Assembly: GCA_002269645.1 (NCBI GenBank)
Contig: NIVC01000186.1
Span: 124,001-188,000 of the forward strand
Source of the DNA: Macrostomum lignano
Lineage: Eukaryota
Direction of reading: 5' to 3'
Length of the DNA stretch: 64,000 bases
Below the pieces are notes generated by a model. It had not been told where the DNA came from, searched no databases, and saw only the letters and a program-made list of their open reading frames with translations. The translations under genes and the position numbers were made by a program. Positions 41,909 to 54,888 of this stretch are shown in pieces. How positions within the stretch are numbered: position 1 is the first letter of the stretch; each line of letters begins with the position of its first letter.

Positions 41909-43757
41909 TCCAACACCCTTGCTAGTATAGCTTAGTGCATCTAAAATCTATAAGTCTATATAGTATACATCTGCAGGTTTTCTAAAAGCTCCTAATGACA
42001 AATGTATATTTATTTATTTTTAATTATTGTCATATACGAGTATTAAAACAAGAAACAAATAATCCAAATTTAAATCAATATATATCAAGCTTTTTATACC
42101 TAATATGATAGGTTTATACAGTAATAATGCACCAAATTTTAATTTTAAGTTTTTTAGTTTTAATTTAAACTTAAAACTAGGACCTAATTTAACTATTTTT
42201 GTCAATTCTAATTTTAGAGAAAAATCTAATTAGAATCCTATTTTACAAAAAAACTTTATTAATATTAATAGAGCTATAAATAGGCACAATATATCAAAAG
42301 ATAAGCATTGGGTTTGCATCCTATTGAAATTAGGCCTAATAACATATTTGAGCTGAAAAATGAAAAATTCCTATCTTAATAATGCATTTTTGGAAAACCT
42401 ACCTTATAAAATTTTTCAAGAAACAAGGTTTCTTGTCCTTTTTACTTGAGTAGTCCTTGGTTTAAAAGTATCATATCATAGTCCCATATTTTGTTATATA
42501 ATAAATTTCACAATATATAATTATAGAAGTATTCCAATTAAAATTTATTTTATCCTAAAGTAGGCCTAGTGCATAAAATAATTGCTAGAGGTAATTTTGT
42601 ACTATTTAAGACATTTTTCCTAGTTATTCTTTGTATTTTGCCTGTATTTTAGTATTTTACTCTTTATTTTACTGGAAGTATTGCATCTAATACTCAACTT
42701 TGCATATTCTAATCTAAGGGCTGCTAGAGTGCTAGGCATAGGTATTTTGATACAAATGTTTTTTGGTGCCCTAGTATGATTTTCACCTTTAGGGCCAACT
42801 TTTAATATGCTAATAATAAAAACTTAGGAAGTTAGGGCCTATTTAATTCTTCTTCAAAGCCAAAGGTTATTAAAAGCTAGAGTTAGGCCTATTAATACAA
42901 CCTATCTAACTGAAGTACTTAAAGCCATTAAAAGAAGTAAAATTAAAATAAAATAATTGCTCGAATAGATGTAAAGCAAATCATTAATGTACAACTGTGT
43001 TGATTAATACGATATGGTCACATTCGTCCGAGGTGTGGAAACAGTAAAATCTCTCCCCGGGGGCGCGATAGATTTTCGAAGTTAAATTAATACACTGTTA
43101 TTTGCGCTGTATTTCTTAGAACCTGCCGATGTTTAAAACAAAAGCTATGTTGATTGAAGCAGACTCCGTCTGCTGGATTCCTTACGTCTAGACGGATAGT
43201 AGCTGTGGCTGAGCGGTCTCTTGTGTACCAGTATTGAGAATATAGTACAGAGCGGGTCAATTCAGTGCATATAGCTCGTATTAAGAATGAGGCCTAGGGG
43301 CTGGTTGGAGTGAAAAGCAACGATGCATTCTAGTTAAGAGCCAAGGACAACTAGAAGTGATCAAGGACCACTAGAAGTGGAGCTTCTGAGGCTCAAATGT
43401 AGTGCAGGCTTCTTTATAGTCGAGTAGAATGCTTTTTGAAGGCAAGCATCGCTAAACACACGTAAACAAGCGGGCCTTCAAATAATTTTGCAATATTTAC
43501 GAGTGTTACGTCCTGATACAACGGTAACTTCTAGTGGTCCTTGTCCTTGATAAGGGCACTGGAGGAAATATAACTTTAGGCTAAGACTTATTTCAGACTA
43601 GACTTTTGACTAGAATCTTCAGACCATGGCTACCTCGGAGCGGGGCAAAGACAGTTATTGTATGGGAAAACTCTTTTCTTACGGGGAGTAGCCAGCAAAC
43701 ATATAATAAGACTCGATTCGTATTTCTATGTGAGTCATTTTCCACAACAGAACGTTG

Positions 43758-44284
43758 GCCACACAAGGACAACTTAAAGTAGGACGCGAATCGATTTTTT
43801 ATGTTAATTGGTCTGTCACTTGAAAAAAACGTTTAAAATACTGACAAGACCAACTTCCGAGCTAAAATAAAAAATCGATTAATGCGTCGTTAGAGCAGCA
43901 CGTGAGGCACAAAATAGTGTAATTAGAACTTTCTCTGACACTGTTAAGAGACTCAATCACTGTTTTAGTGTTGAAAATCGTGAAATTTGCTATCTTCGTA
44001 GTACATATTTTTCTGGTGAAACTGAAACCTGCCTTTAAAACTATTTCTGAACGAAAAGCTTTATGAATATCGATAGAGCAATAAGAAAGGCACAACATAT
44101 CAAAAGATGAACACTGGATCTGCTTTCTACTCGTATCAAAAGCAATAACAATTTTTGTACTGAAAAAATTAAAACCTCCTATCTCTGTAGTGTATTTTTT
44201 CGGCGAAAAGTTGCCTTCAAAACATTTACCATAGATTTTAAGTGTAGCGTCCTATATATATGTTACTTGAGTAGTCCTTGTGGC
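43758..44284. mobile_element. Possible MITE with imperfect TIRs
   Basis: GGCCACACAAGGACAACTTAAAGTA (~43758) versus TACTTGAGTAGTCCTTGTGGCC (~44263-44284); no TSD found. Related AAGGAC(A/C)ACT motifs also occur at 43340-43545. Confidence 0.35.
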
Positions 44285-45180
44285 CACAAGGATAACGTCG
44301 GCAATTTCGGCACCCACACCCTCTCCCTGGCGAACTGCGGAACTCCGACAGTTTCATGGAGCCGATGGATTGAGGCCTTTGAGTTTTAAGTTAAGCAGTC
44401 CGAAGGGAAAGCCGCAGCAGACCCGCTACAAAAGAACATTCTGCTTGATCTGCTTTGCTTTGGAATTCCAGCGGGTAATCCAAGCACGCCAAGATATGAC
44501 GACTCATTCAAGCAGACAAAGGCAAGCTGGAGATTATTTTTGCGGATAAAACCAACGTACGTGATGGTCGTTCGATTGCTCTTTCGCCACCGTCAGCAGC
44601 CACTGGGCAAGGATGTGAAGATCTTTACGGCAGCCCTGTGAGATTTGACGGAGTCGTGCAACTTTGCGCACCATGCAAGATGAGCTCATTATGCAGGGAC
44701 CAGCTCGCTGAGAAGACTAGCAATCCCAGAGAACGAGAGAGATTACTCACTGAGAAGCTGGAAGATCTCAACTTGTCGAAGGCACTCAGCAACGTAGTAT
44801 AAATCGAGGAGGCCTCCAAAGAAGCAAAGGCCATGGCTTGAACAACCTTATCTACCGCCATGGCTATTATCATTCAATCAATTCGTGAGCCGAAATCTCA
44901 GAAGTTTACGAGAGCTAATCAGCACCCGGGCATCGGTTGCTAAAGAGGCCAAAACCAGTGGCACGTGCACGCGCTGTGGAAGAGACCATGATGAACTCAA
45001 CGATGCCTTTACCAAGAAAAATCACTTCCATAAGTTATCCGCAGTCATCAGGTTTCCGCCGACGAGGTTGATTACCGTCTGCGCTGTACCCGGCGTTGAC
45101 TCGGAGGTCTGTGCCATGCACGCTGGAGCTCGGACAGTACAGGACTGCCATCAGCTGCTATCCTTGCGGACTGTTTAAAT
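44280..45180 (+). pseudogene. Degenerate Ty3/Gypsy gag relic
   Basis: Frameshifted translation gives KTNV..LFRHRQQ..LTESCNF..RDQL..RERERLLTEK..LNLSKAL and a decayed knuckle CTRCGRDH, resembling invertebrate Gypsy gag; contains stops and frameshifts. Confidence 0.6.
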
Positions 45181-46091
45181 AGCGCGGCCAGTCCGTTTTA
45201 ATTGAAATTTTCTATGATGCAGCTATTTGTGGTTTAACTTTCTGGTTCTGGCTCTATTTATGTCTTTTTAGTTCAATTAAGTCGTTCAAGTTGTTAGATA
45301 CTAGCGATGAAGTTTCCCAAATCCTGTAAACTATTGAATGCATTGGGTGTACTGAATACACTAGCGCTTATTATAAAAATCTGACCTCCCAACAGTCGCT
45401 AAATATCTCGACCGTCCTCGAGCGTCTCGAGCTGGCGACGTGATTCTTGTTTGATGTTGCTCCGTTCCGTCGCAGCAAAAAAAATTCAGGGGAATTCCCT
45501 TTGGTAGTTCGCCGGACGCAAAAAGGCTTTGTATTTTAACTGTTAAACAAGAATGCGAATTTCTATTTTTTCGTAATTCTCTGAGAACTCAGAAAATTTG
45601 CGAAGCCCACAAACCCTGAAAATTCGGTCCAAATCCCGTCTCGAATATTCATCGAAACCCCGATCCCGACCCCAAATCCCTGAGCGCCTAATACCCCTAC
45701 TCCTAACACCAAAACCCAAAGAGTGAGAGAGCTAGGCACCTTGCGTCCAGACTCGTACGTAGGCTGATGGCAAAGAATAAGTAATCTTAAAATAATGAAA
45801 ACGAAACCATGCAACAACAAAAAGTCGCATATTCAATACGGAACCATATTCTTTTGTGATGCCAGATACACACACATCGAACAAAGCTTCAAAACGTTTT
45901 TCTCAAAGAGATCCTGTCGAATGTATTTGACTCTTTCATGTACGTTCAATTTGGTCCAAACTTTTACCTTCAAAATTCACTGGACAATGCAAGATTAAAC
46001 GGTATTTAGGATGTTTTTAGTTTTCTTTTACTTTGAAATGAGTTTTGACATGATTTTTCTCGTAAACCGATCACTGGAGCAGCTCGCAGCT

Positions 46092-46853
46092 TCATTGGAG
46101 CACGAACTTTACCCAGTCGACGCTGTTCTCGATCTCCTGCTCAACCTGAGCATCGCTGAACTGAAGCAGTCGGCATCGGCCAAGAGCTTTGTTGTACAGC
46201 ACGCTCCTGGTATTTGAGACCTGGCCCAGTGCAGCGGAGAAGCACTCAAAAACAGTGGTAATCTTGTGCAGCTCGGTGTAGCAGTATTGACTATTGTACT
46301 CAGTGCGTTTGAAGGGCACTTGCACCCAGATGGTGCTGGACGGCACTTGAGACGGAGCAAATTCGCAGGCGAATCCGACGGTGTTAGACAGGCATTTGTA
46401 GTCGATAAGCCTATTTACATCATTATTTGACTTCATGGTGCAGTCCTGATTCCCATAGTTGTTCGGCATCCCGCCCAACCACAGCGTGTTGTCCAGCGGC
46501 AGAATCCCGTTGCCGTTGACCGTCTGCCAACCCGACCGAGAATTTTTTCGCTCATTAGGGAGGTCGGTCACTCCGAGCCAAAAGTTGCCTACGCTGTACA
46601 TGCTCGGCATGCTGCTGAGTAGTTTCAGCGTTTCGTACGAGTTGATGAGCTCGCCTCCGATCGCTGCGCACCGACGGTTGGCCTCGCACCAGTTGATGAC
46701 GCTTGTAGAGTTCACGAAGATGCACTTGCCAGCCTCGATGCTGAATGGGGCAGGGCACACGGCTTGCTGCTGGGATAAGCCAGCTTGTATGAGCAGCACT
46801 ACTACAAGGACAGTCAGTTTCTGGTTTACTCGAAATTCGAATTCAGCTTTCAT
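46092..46853 (-). CDS. Secreted C-type lectin domain protein with a C-terminal PAN/apple-like Cys region (253 aa, single exon)
   Basis: Hydrophobic leader LTVLVVVLLIQAGLS; CP..F...GKC, WCEANRRCAAIGGEL, FWLG, W..GMPNN..GNQDC, CL..GFACE; second module CY..TVFECF..YNKALGRCRLL. Confidence 0.85.
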   Translation of the reverse strand: MKAEFEFRVNQKLTVLVVVLLIQAGLSQQQAVCPAPFSIEAGKCIFVNSTSVINWCEANRRCAAIGGELINSYETLKLLSSMPSMYSVGNFWLGVTDLPNERKNSRSGWQTVNGNGILPLDNTLWLGGMPNNYGNQDCTMKSNNDVNRLIDYKCLSNTVGFACEFAPSQVPSSTIWVQVPFKRTEYNSQYCYTELHKITTVFECFSAALGQVSNTRSVLYNKALGRCRLLQFSDAQVEQEIENSVDWVKFVLQ

Positions 46854-48477
46854 AGTGCGATTTCAGGTGCAGCTACACAGAGTCCTCAACGAGCAGAAGG
46901 CTGAAAATTAGGCAAGAAACACTGCACCATTTAAATAGAGGCTCTCGTGCTATTGCTCCTAAGTGACTGCTTCCGACAATGAACTCTCGTTCTTTGATCC
47001 CGCCGACCGACGCAAAGCAAAGTTTCTATTCAGTCATGTTTTTCAATGCATATTGACTCGTATTTTGAGCGCTTGACAACAAGGATGAGGCAGCTGCGCG
47101 CTTGTACGACATCCGAGTTGATTTTTGTTTCTTAATTTGCAAAAGCTACTAAAAAATGTTTACCAGAGAGCGCATTCATCTTTGCATTTGTTTTATAGCG
47201 ACTTATTTCGCTAGACTATTTCGTTCGTCTTTGGCGGCATTTTTCAAAAGCTAAAGCAAATTTGAAGCAATTTCTCCCGCTGGGAGACCTGGTCCTTTCA
47301 TAATGTGAGCTCAGTACGGTATAAGATGTGCGACGTAACAGCAGATCGTTGAAAAATTATACGCTGTTTTTTCAACTTCAAAACTGTTTGAAAAGAAAAC
47401 GGTAAAAGATATTTAGATGCCGCTTTCTTTAAAGGATGTAAAAACAAAAAGTGCCTGCAAGATTGTATTAGGCCTTATGTTGATTCAGTTCAAAAGCTCT
47501 AAGCGGGAGCACGAGAATCGCCCTTAGACGAAATGCCCGACGAGATTCATATGCTATCTATATGCAATCTAAAATTTAAGGAGTTCATACTCTGGGAGCA
47601 GAATAATAGCTTTTTGATAATTTTGTAGTCAAATATTTCTTGGGTTAACTTCGAGAAGACTGATGGTAAGCAGTGCTTACCATGGCCCAACTCAGCTTTC
47701 TGTCGGCCAGAGTAAATCTAATTCCTTGGCTAAATTGGTAGTATCCGTAGGTAGTGAGCTTTAGAGTGTATATTCTTTATAGGGGCCCCTTCGAGTTAAG
47801 GGGCTATTGCTGGGATGGTTTCTGTTATTGATCCTGAATCCATTTTCTTGACAATATATTATAAGAGGGGTTCCAACTATTAAACACATAATTCAACAGT
47901 CTTCATTTACTAGCTGAAACACGGATCTACTTCGCCGATGAAGTTGGTATTCTAGCGCCGAATTAGTCGAATTAATGGATTTTAAGCGGAAAATCCTTGG
48001 GATATTACTATGAATAGTCGCTATCGCTGCAGTCAGCATTAGTTTCTTCAAATTATCTCAGAGTCCTGCTCTGTTTTCTAGATGTACGAGTTTCTACACA
48101 TGAATGAGACATGTCTTAAATGAAGTAACAGATAATCGTTTAATTTACAGAAAAACGGCAATGCTTACAAAAGAACTGACTGTTATCAAATTGTCAAAGA
48201 GCTATACTAGCTGTCCAATGGATTGGATTAGCTGGTTGGAGGAGGGGAGACTTCAGGGCAAATGGCCTCAAATGTGCAATAGTATCTGGGGCTTGAAGAT
48301 GTTTTTGAGTTTTGAGCAGTTTTGAGTTTTGAGTTTTGAAGATGTTTTTGAGAACTGGATATTGATTTGAGTCTGAAGACTCAGGAGCGTGGAGAGGGAG
48401 TCATATACTCGTATATAGTATAACATTGTCCCGATAAGGATTCGTTGGACAGGGATTAGGTCTTTGGAAGCGCCAGA

Positions 48478-48785
48478 CTAGGGACCAGGGGGCACCCGGG
48501 AGGGACCGGAAAAGCCGGCAGGGACCTAACACCGGCACAAACCACTGGAAAAATAAAACAAAAATAACGCGATAAACGGGACCCGAGGCGTCTTATTGGC
48601 GCAGAACAAAACCTGAGCAGGAATGAAATCAAATCACTCATTTTTAGTGTATGGATTTCTCAGCCGTGTACCGTTCACGGGAAAATTTCTGATCGAACGG
48701 TGCAAGTTTCATGAAAATCGGTTGAAAGCCATTTTTCTGAAACCATACGTTTGTTTATAGAGACAAACCATTTTAGTATATAGGA
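48478..48785 (-). mobile_element. ~308-bp non-autonomous Helitron-like element
   Basis: Minus strand begins A|TCCTATATACTAAAA and ends GC-rich ...CCCTAG|T (5' TC, 3' CTAG, inserted between A and T); internal AACCGATTTTCATGAAACTTG. Confidence 0.5.
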
Positions 48786-50685
48786 TGTAACGGTTTCATA
48801 CACCTGTTGCAGACCCCATAATCTATCGCTTGTTCAGGACCATGTGTTGTGCCGTAGTGTTTTTTCACTGCCTAGCGATCTCAGGCTTGCAGTTGATTGG
48901 CGCACTGGGGCACTGCACTTTCCCTCCTCAGTTGTTTATGCACCACCCACCCCAGTCTGTCTGAGCCAGCCGGCTTTGGCTGGCTGCGCCACCCCTCTCA
49001 GCGCGTCCCCCCCCCCCTAAGTTTTCCGTCTCTTGCGTAGCTGCTGATTGGTACGGGTCGCCTCTCTCACGCGCCGGCCAATCAGCAGCTTTCTCGCTGT
49101 AATATGCTAAGCTGGTTGTGTGGCTGGTCGGGTGGGCGCGGGGGGGGGCAATACCCCGCGGCCTAGCCGGCCAACCCAAATATATATTTAGCGCAGTGTA
49201 GCGGCGGTGAAGGACCAACTGTGGCTGCTACCTTCCAACTCAACTCAGCTCTGAGATTCCACTGCCCATATCGATTAGAACCGAGACGCCCCTACGGGTA
49301 CGCAACGTCTGAGAATCCGCGCTACCGGCTAGTCCTTCGCCGCCGCTCCCGCCGTGTTCATTCCTCAGTAAGAACTTGAGTCTCGTTGTGTTGTTCATTG
49401 TTCGGTACGGGACATACTGTATCGGGTACTGCCGTAGGGACGAGCTGCTGGCTAGGAACGAGAAGCGATAGTACGCACCGCCGACACCGGCAGCTTGGTC
49501 AGAGTGTCGGACGCCATCACTGGCTCGCCACCCTGAAGGGGTACTTGTACTCTGGAATTAGTCTTAGGAGGCTGTAGCTACTCGAGGATCACGAGCCGCC
49601 CCCCGGAGATTTTGCATTACACAACACATGCAGGAAAATTATGCTCATTTAACATATACGAGATCCTACTGTACTGCCTCTGTACATAGCATTCATTCGC
49701 TTCGATGCATGCACGTTTGCTGCATAAAGTAAAGTAAATTATAGTAGAATTCACTTTCTTTCTGAGTAAGTTTGCGTCATAACTCGAAGTTTTTAAGACA
49801 AAATTACGATTGCCTTGCGATTATTGGTGAGATTTCCAATGTCACATCTCCGATCAACATCAAGGCCGTATAGTCCTCACGGAACACTGTAAATTAGAAA
49901 CTGTAAACACAGGAAATTGGCCTCCAAAATTCCAAAATCATTGAGTTTTACGTCCTGTTATACTACTGTGATTTTTGATAGTTCTTAAGGCTTAATGGCG
50001 ACATGTACTTTGAAAAAATATCCGTTACTAAAGTCGTCATTGATATTTCTACCGTGGCTGTCTGCCAAACGCTTGCCTGACCAAGGAAATTTGTACAAGC
50101 TTAGAAAATACTACGCATGAGTTGAATACATGTACCAGTATGAATCTAGGAGTAGGTGCCCCGTTAACTAAGGGCATGTAACCACGGGTTACATAGTTAC
50201 ATGTAGCTAAACGTACTGTATAGGTGAATTCTTGATCACGTTTTAAAAGCACAAGCGCAAAAACTCGCGCTCATGGAGAAAGGAAACAAAGGGATTGCAC
50301 ACTTGAAATATACGAAGTATGTAACATGTGCATATTAGCTCTTATGTAGTTGCTGAGCCTTTATATCATTGGGTACACGCGCTTTGGATTAATAATCTTA
50401 TTCATCTAGTTTGCGAGTTAGTGAACGAAAAGTTCTCAGCGAGACGAAGGGTGCAAAAGTAACATATGTGCGTAGAATATTGCGACAACATGATGCACTT
50501 AACGGATATAAGCGTATAATCTTACAGTGCATGTAGATTTGCTCCATATTCTGCAGTTGTTAAAAAAATTCGCTCCGACCATTATAAGCATTATTAGACA
50601 TTGCAGACATTATCAACGCATGTGATACTCTTTACTGAGCTTCAACTAAACTGCCAGATTCTCCTAGCCTGGGGCCTGGGGTGAC

Positions 50686-51663
50686 TTATCGAGCCGGACA
50701 GAACTTCGTGGCCAGGCGGTCTCGGACAGATGCGTTGAAAGCCACGGTGAGGCAGGGCACCGCGGCCGAGTTGATGTAGAATACAACGTACAGGCAGTAC
50801 TCCTGATGCAAGCCTGCCACATTATCCAGCGTCATGGGCACCAGACTGAGCAGCTGGATGAGGTTTCCAATGGCTAGACCGGCCAAGGACAAGCGTAGAG
50901 CTCGCCGATCGCCGCCGCCACCGTCGGACTTTTCGGCGCGGCGCGCCGCCAGGGTGACGCCGGTGGCAACGTAGGCGATGGCGGAAGTCGTGTACAGCAC
51001 GATGGCGATGCCGGCCTTTATGAGAGCGTTCGCGCTTGACTGGGCGCGGATGTGATCGCAGGCAGCTTGAAGCGTGTCAGCCTGAGCTAAACCCAGCCAT
51101 CGCCACACCTGCATACCCAGTTCGGCTGCAGCCATGATCGCCAGGACACTGCAAGCCAGGCCAATGGCGGGCTTGCGGCTCCAGACGCGGCTGGTCGGCG
51201 CGGCCACGGCCAGCAGCCGGTCGATGGCCAGCAGGCTGTAGGCGAAAATCTCCGCCCCGACGGTGACGTCGCGCAGGCTGACAAGCACGGTGAGGAAGCT
51301 CGGCCGCCGAGTCTCTATCGGGTTCTCCAGCTCGCTGGTCCACGCGGCGTCCACCGCGGCCGAGCCGTGCAGCCGGTTGTGCCGGCCGACGCCGAGGCGG
51401 AACAGCAGCAGGAGGAGCACCAGGGCCGCGAGCAGCTCGCAGCCGCTTAGCAGCAAAGTGAGACTGCGGTAGGTGGCCCGCCGAATGGCGCCGTTCCTGC
51501 CAGCGACCAGGCCCACCACGGCGCAGTTGCCCAGCACGGCCAGGCAGGCTATAATCGAGTAAGCTATGAAGAAGCACGGACTGCTCAGTTGAGTCTGGAA
51601 GCTTTCGTTTGAGAACTCTGGACACCCGTCTGCTTCGATTGTGCTGTTGGTTACGTTAGACAT
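50686..51663 (-). CDS. Orphan rhodopsin-like (class A) GPCR, 325 aa, intronless
   Basis: N-glycosylation-rich N-terminus (NVT, NST, NES), TM1 LAVLGN, TM2 LSGCELL, TM3 LLAIDRLLAV (DRY-like), about 7 hydrophobic segments. Confidence 0.8.
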   Translation of the reverse strand: MSNVTNSTIEADGCPEFSNESFQTQLSSPCFFIAYSIIACLAVLGNCAVVGLVAGRNGAIRRATYRSLTLLLSGCELLAALVLLLLLFRLGVGRHNRLHGSAAVDAAWTSELENPIETRRPSFLTVLVSLRDVTVGAEIFAYSLLAIDRLLAVAAPTSRVWSRKPAIGLACSVLAIMAAAELGMQVWRWLGLAQADTLQAACDHIRAQSSANALIKAGIAIVLYTTSAIAYVATGVTLAARRAEKSDGGGGDRRALRLSLAGLAIGNLIQLLSLVPMTLDNVAGLHQEYCLYVVFYINSAAVPCLTVAFNASVRDRLATKFCPAR

Positions 51664-53620
51664 CTTGGAAGATTTCCCACTGTAGCTCGTCTAGCTGACT
51701 TCGAATGGTTTCTGCCCCCTTTTCTACAGGTATGCTCAGCATTAAGTAGTGCTGCAGTTCGGTACTCTCGTCTTATTGGTGCAATCGCTGCCATTCTCGC
51801 GGGGCAGCTCTGGCTTGCCTGCATCCCTGCAGCATCCCTCAGCTCATTGCCGCGGGCAGTGTAGTTCATGCCGCTGTTTACCAGACGGGAAGTTGAGAGA
51901 ATTGAACACTTTTTGATTTTTTGAAAGGCTTTAGTTTAAAATCGACTGGTTTATTGCTTTCAATTTATTTAAAAATTGTAAAAACTCATTGTAGTTTGGC
52001 AAAGTTAAAAAGCAAGTTCTGAATTTCGGAAAATCTGACTGAATTCAAATCTTCCGCTTAAAAAATGATTTCCTAACAACCAGAGTTTTGCGTTTTTTAG
52101 AAGGTAAACAAAGTCGCGAGAATTTCCCGCAAAACTTATTGCCCCATTCGTCTGCTGAATGTTTCTCACCGACAAGCTTTTCCGGGATTAAATTTCAAGC
52201 TATAGCTTCTGTTTTGAAATTGTTTCGATTTGTTAATCAAGGACAACTAATGCAGAAATACCCTGTAGATTGTATAAATTTCGCCAGATTCCAGGTTTAG
52301 CTGCAAACTGCATTATCAAGATAGGAAATTGCTGTTTTTCTGCAATAAATTTGACCATATCGTACAATTATTGTCCACATTGTCTACAATCTGGTAGACA
52401 CGCAGAAGACCATCGTGCTCTGCGTACCGCACGAAATCGAAGCTGCAATCTGGAGTCGAGGTGGTTGACAAATTAAAAACCTGTCTTCTCCTTCCTTCTT
52501 CTACTCGCATTTTTTAATCATATTTATTTGCTTATATCAAAATTCTTCAATTTTTTCGCGATTTTATAAAAAGCCAGCAGATTCTGCTGACAGAGGCTTG
52601 CCTGCATTTTGTTTGCCTGCAAGCATCTGGAACCAGGTCTGCTCAAGGCTTCTTGGATAAAGCAATGCGGACTGAAGTGTCGAGATATAGCTGAGACAAT
52701 GGGAAGTCTGCAACAATGCTAGCAGCATTCGCTTTGATCAGACTATTAAGTACGCAATAATCCACAATGCAATTATGCACTGTTCACGCACTGTAGTTCC
52801 ATATCAACGCCAGAAATTCCTTGCTAAGGACACTATAGGGCAAGGAAAAGAGGCGAAACAGACGCGCGAATGTAGTTAGCAAATATTTCATCGCATATTT
52901 TTTCGATCAGGTTTAACTCAAAAACACTTCAAAAAATCGTCAATAAGATGGGGTTTTCCTTGAAAAATGTTCTTTATGAGTCCAAGCCAGCATCTTGGGT
53001 GGGGGAGGGTAGCTGGGTGGTTAAATGCGCTTTGTTTGTCAACCAGTTCTCGTTCATGAGGGCCAACTCCCAAGGCCCGAAGTCTATAAATGTCTGACGC
53101 AATGAGTAAGTCAGGTCACGCTATAGCTCAGGGGCGCGAGAAAAAGTATTTGAGGATCAGAGAGAAATATTCCCGTAATTTGCACCGTGAGGACGATGGA
53201 AATTGCATGATATCACACGCATCACATGGTATCTATTAGATACAAAATTGTCCATCCTGTCTTGTCTGGTGTTTGCCTACATCTGATTGGTTGGCGACTA
53301 GAACAGAAAGCTTCATAATGAAACTACGATACATTTTTTATCCTTTATCCTTTTTGTCCTTTATCCATTTGATTATTTATCCTTTGTTTATCTACGTCTA
53401 CGAGTACGAGCTATCTCTCGCATGAGTTCAGTTTTAGAAATTCTAGAACTTCCCAAGCTACAAGCATGAAAATGCGTGTTTTTTACTAGCGCTAATGGAC
53501 TTCCTTTTTCGAAATAGAAACTCCTATTGGATTATCGCGATGCTGACAGTTTCGATGCAATTATAAAATTTTTAACCCACATTGTTTGTTTGGCACACGC
53601 ACTCGCTAGGGAGTTCCTCC

Positions 53621-53792
53621 CAGTAGCACAACCAGAAATTTTTTGAGGGGGCGGATTCTGGAGGGTAAAGACCTGGGGGGCGGAGGGGTGGCTCTGTTTT
53701 TGGCGAAAATTCGCTTGGTCCACCCTATGATTCATTCCGGTCTCCGCCTAAGGGGGGGGGCGACCGCCCCGCCCCCTCTGGTTGCGCCATTG
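53621..53792. mobile_element. 172-bp hAT-type MITE
   Basis: Imperfect TIRs CAGTAGCACAACCAGA / TCTGGTTGCGCCATTG; perfect 8-bp TSD GTTCCTCC at 53613-53620 and 53793-53800. Confidence 0.85.
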
Positions 53793-54104
53793 GTTCCTCC
53801 GTTTCTAAACCATAGTATATCATGTCAAGTTGACATAAATGACAAAAACACAATACTCGTACCCTGGTTAAAACTTTGAAACCATGTGCTTCAGGCTTAT
53901 ACTGGTACCAAGGGTACATAAACTTGTCTTTGTTGCATGTACGAGCTATCATTACATGTACTCGTACAAGGTTGTATTTATATGAAATTTCACGGTCAAG
54001 CAGCAAATCATCCAATACGGTAGTTCTGCGTCTTGAGTCACCTAAATACCGCACGAAAATTACACCCAGAAAAAGTTCAATCCGACGTAGCCTCCTTGGT
54101 TTTG

Positions 54105-54888
54105 TCAACGCTTTTTGTGCTGCCCCAAAGCTGCGGAGGCTCGCTTAATGGACGATGTGCTCGATGTTGCAGACATTGACGGGTGCTGCTGCTGTTGCTG
54201 CTGAATTTTGCTTCCGGGCTTTGCACCCTTTACGGCATGTGATTCCCTTTTGGAACCCTTGGCTAAGCGATCTGGAAATTATTATTTGACATTGGAATAT
54301 GCATTCAGTTCGAACGTGTGGCTTACATTCTCTTTGGATAGCAAACAGAAGCCATGGCTTGAGGCCTAATTGCCAGCAGTGCCAGCATCAATTAGCTCTG
54401 GTTCACATCTAGACAGAATAAATAAGTTGCAATTCTCACTTACCCAAGAATGCTTTGGTAACGATCTCGTCGCTCTCAAGCAGAGGAGTATAGATCAGCT
54501 TGCCTTTGTCATTCTCTGGACAAAGAGAGGGAATTAAACATTTTTGCCAGTGGGGTAATTTTTGTACTAAACATCAAACAATACGAGGCCGTAAATAGGA
54601 TTAGGAATGCCTCACCTCCTACTCTAAGTAGTATGACATCCTCGCGGTCTGCCAGCACCTCCTTGGCTTGCATGTTGGGATTCTTCCGAAGGTCCTTGAC
54701 GTTGCCGTCTCGGTCAGATAGATCAATTACATCTGGATTATGAGAATGATGCATTACACAATTAAAGGCTTTGATATTTTCCTAGACTTCTCAATACTCA
54801 CCTTTGGCGTCCAGCGAGCACTTTTCCCTGATAGCATTCAGCAGTGTGACCGATCGACAGTCTTGGTTGAATAAAGTTTGCTCGTTCA
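54105..54888 (-). CDS. Small conserved protein resembling the CXorf65/C22orf15 family; first coding exon unresolved
   Basis: Phase-1 GT-AG exons 54888-54802 (EQTLFNQDCRSVTLLNAIREKC), 54732-54616 (VIDLSDRDGNVKDL...LADREDVILLRV), 54515-54444 (IYTPLL), 54271-54105 (basic tail, TGA). Family assignment is from recalled motifs. Confidence 0.65.

Noticed and set aside
48786-49621. Solo LTR (TGTAA...TTACA ends)
   Set aside because: No matching TSD, PBS or polyadenylation signal could be found.
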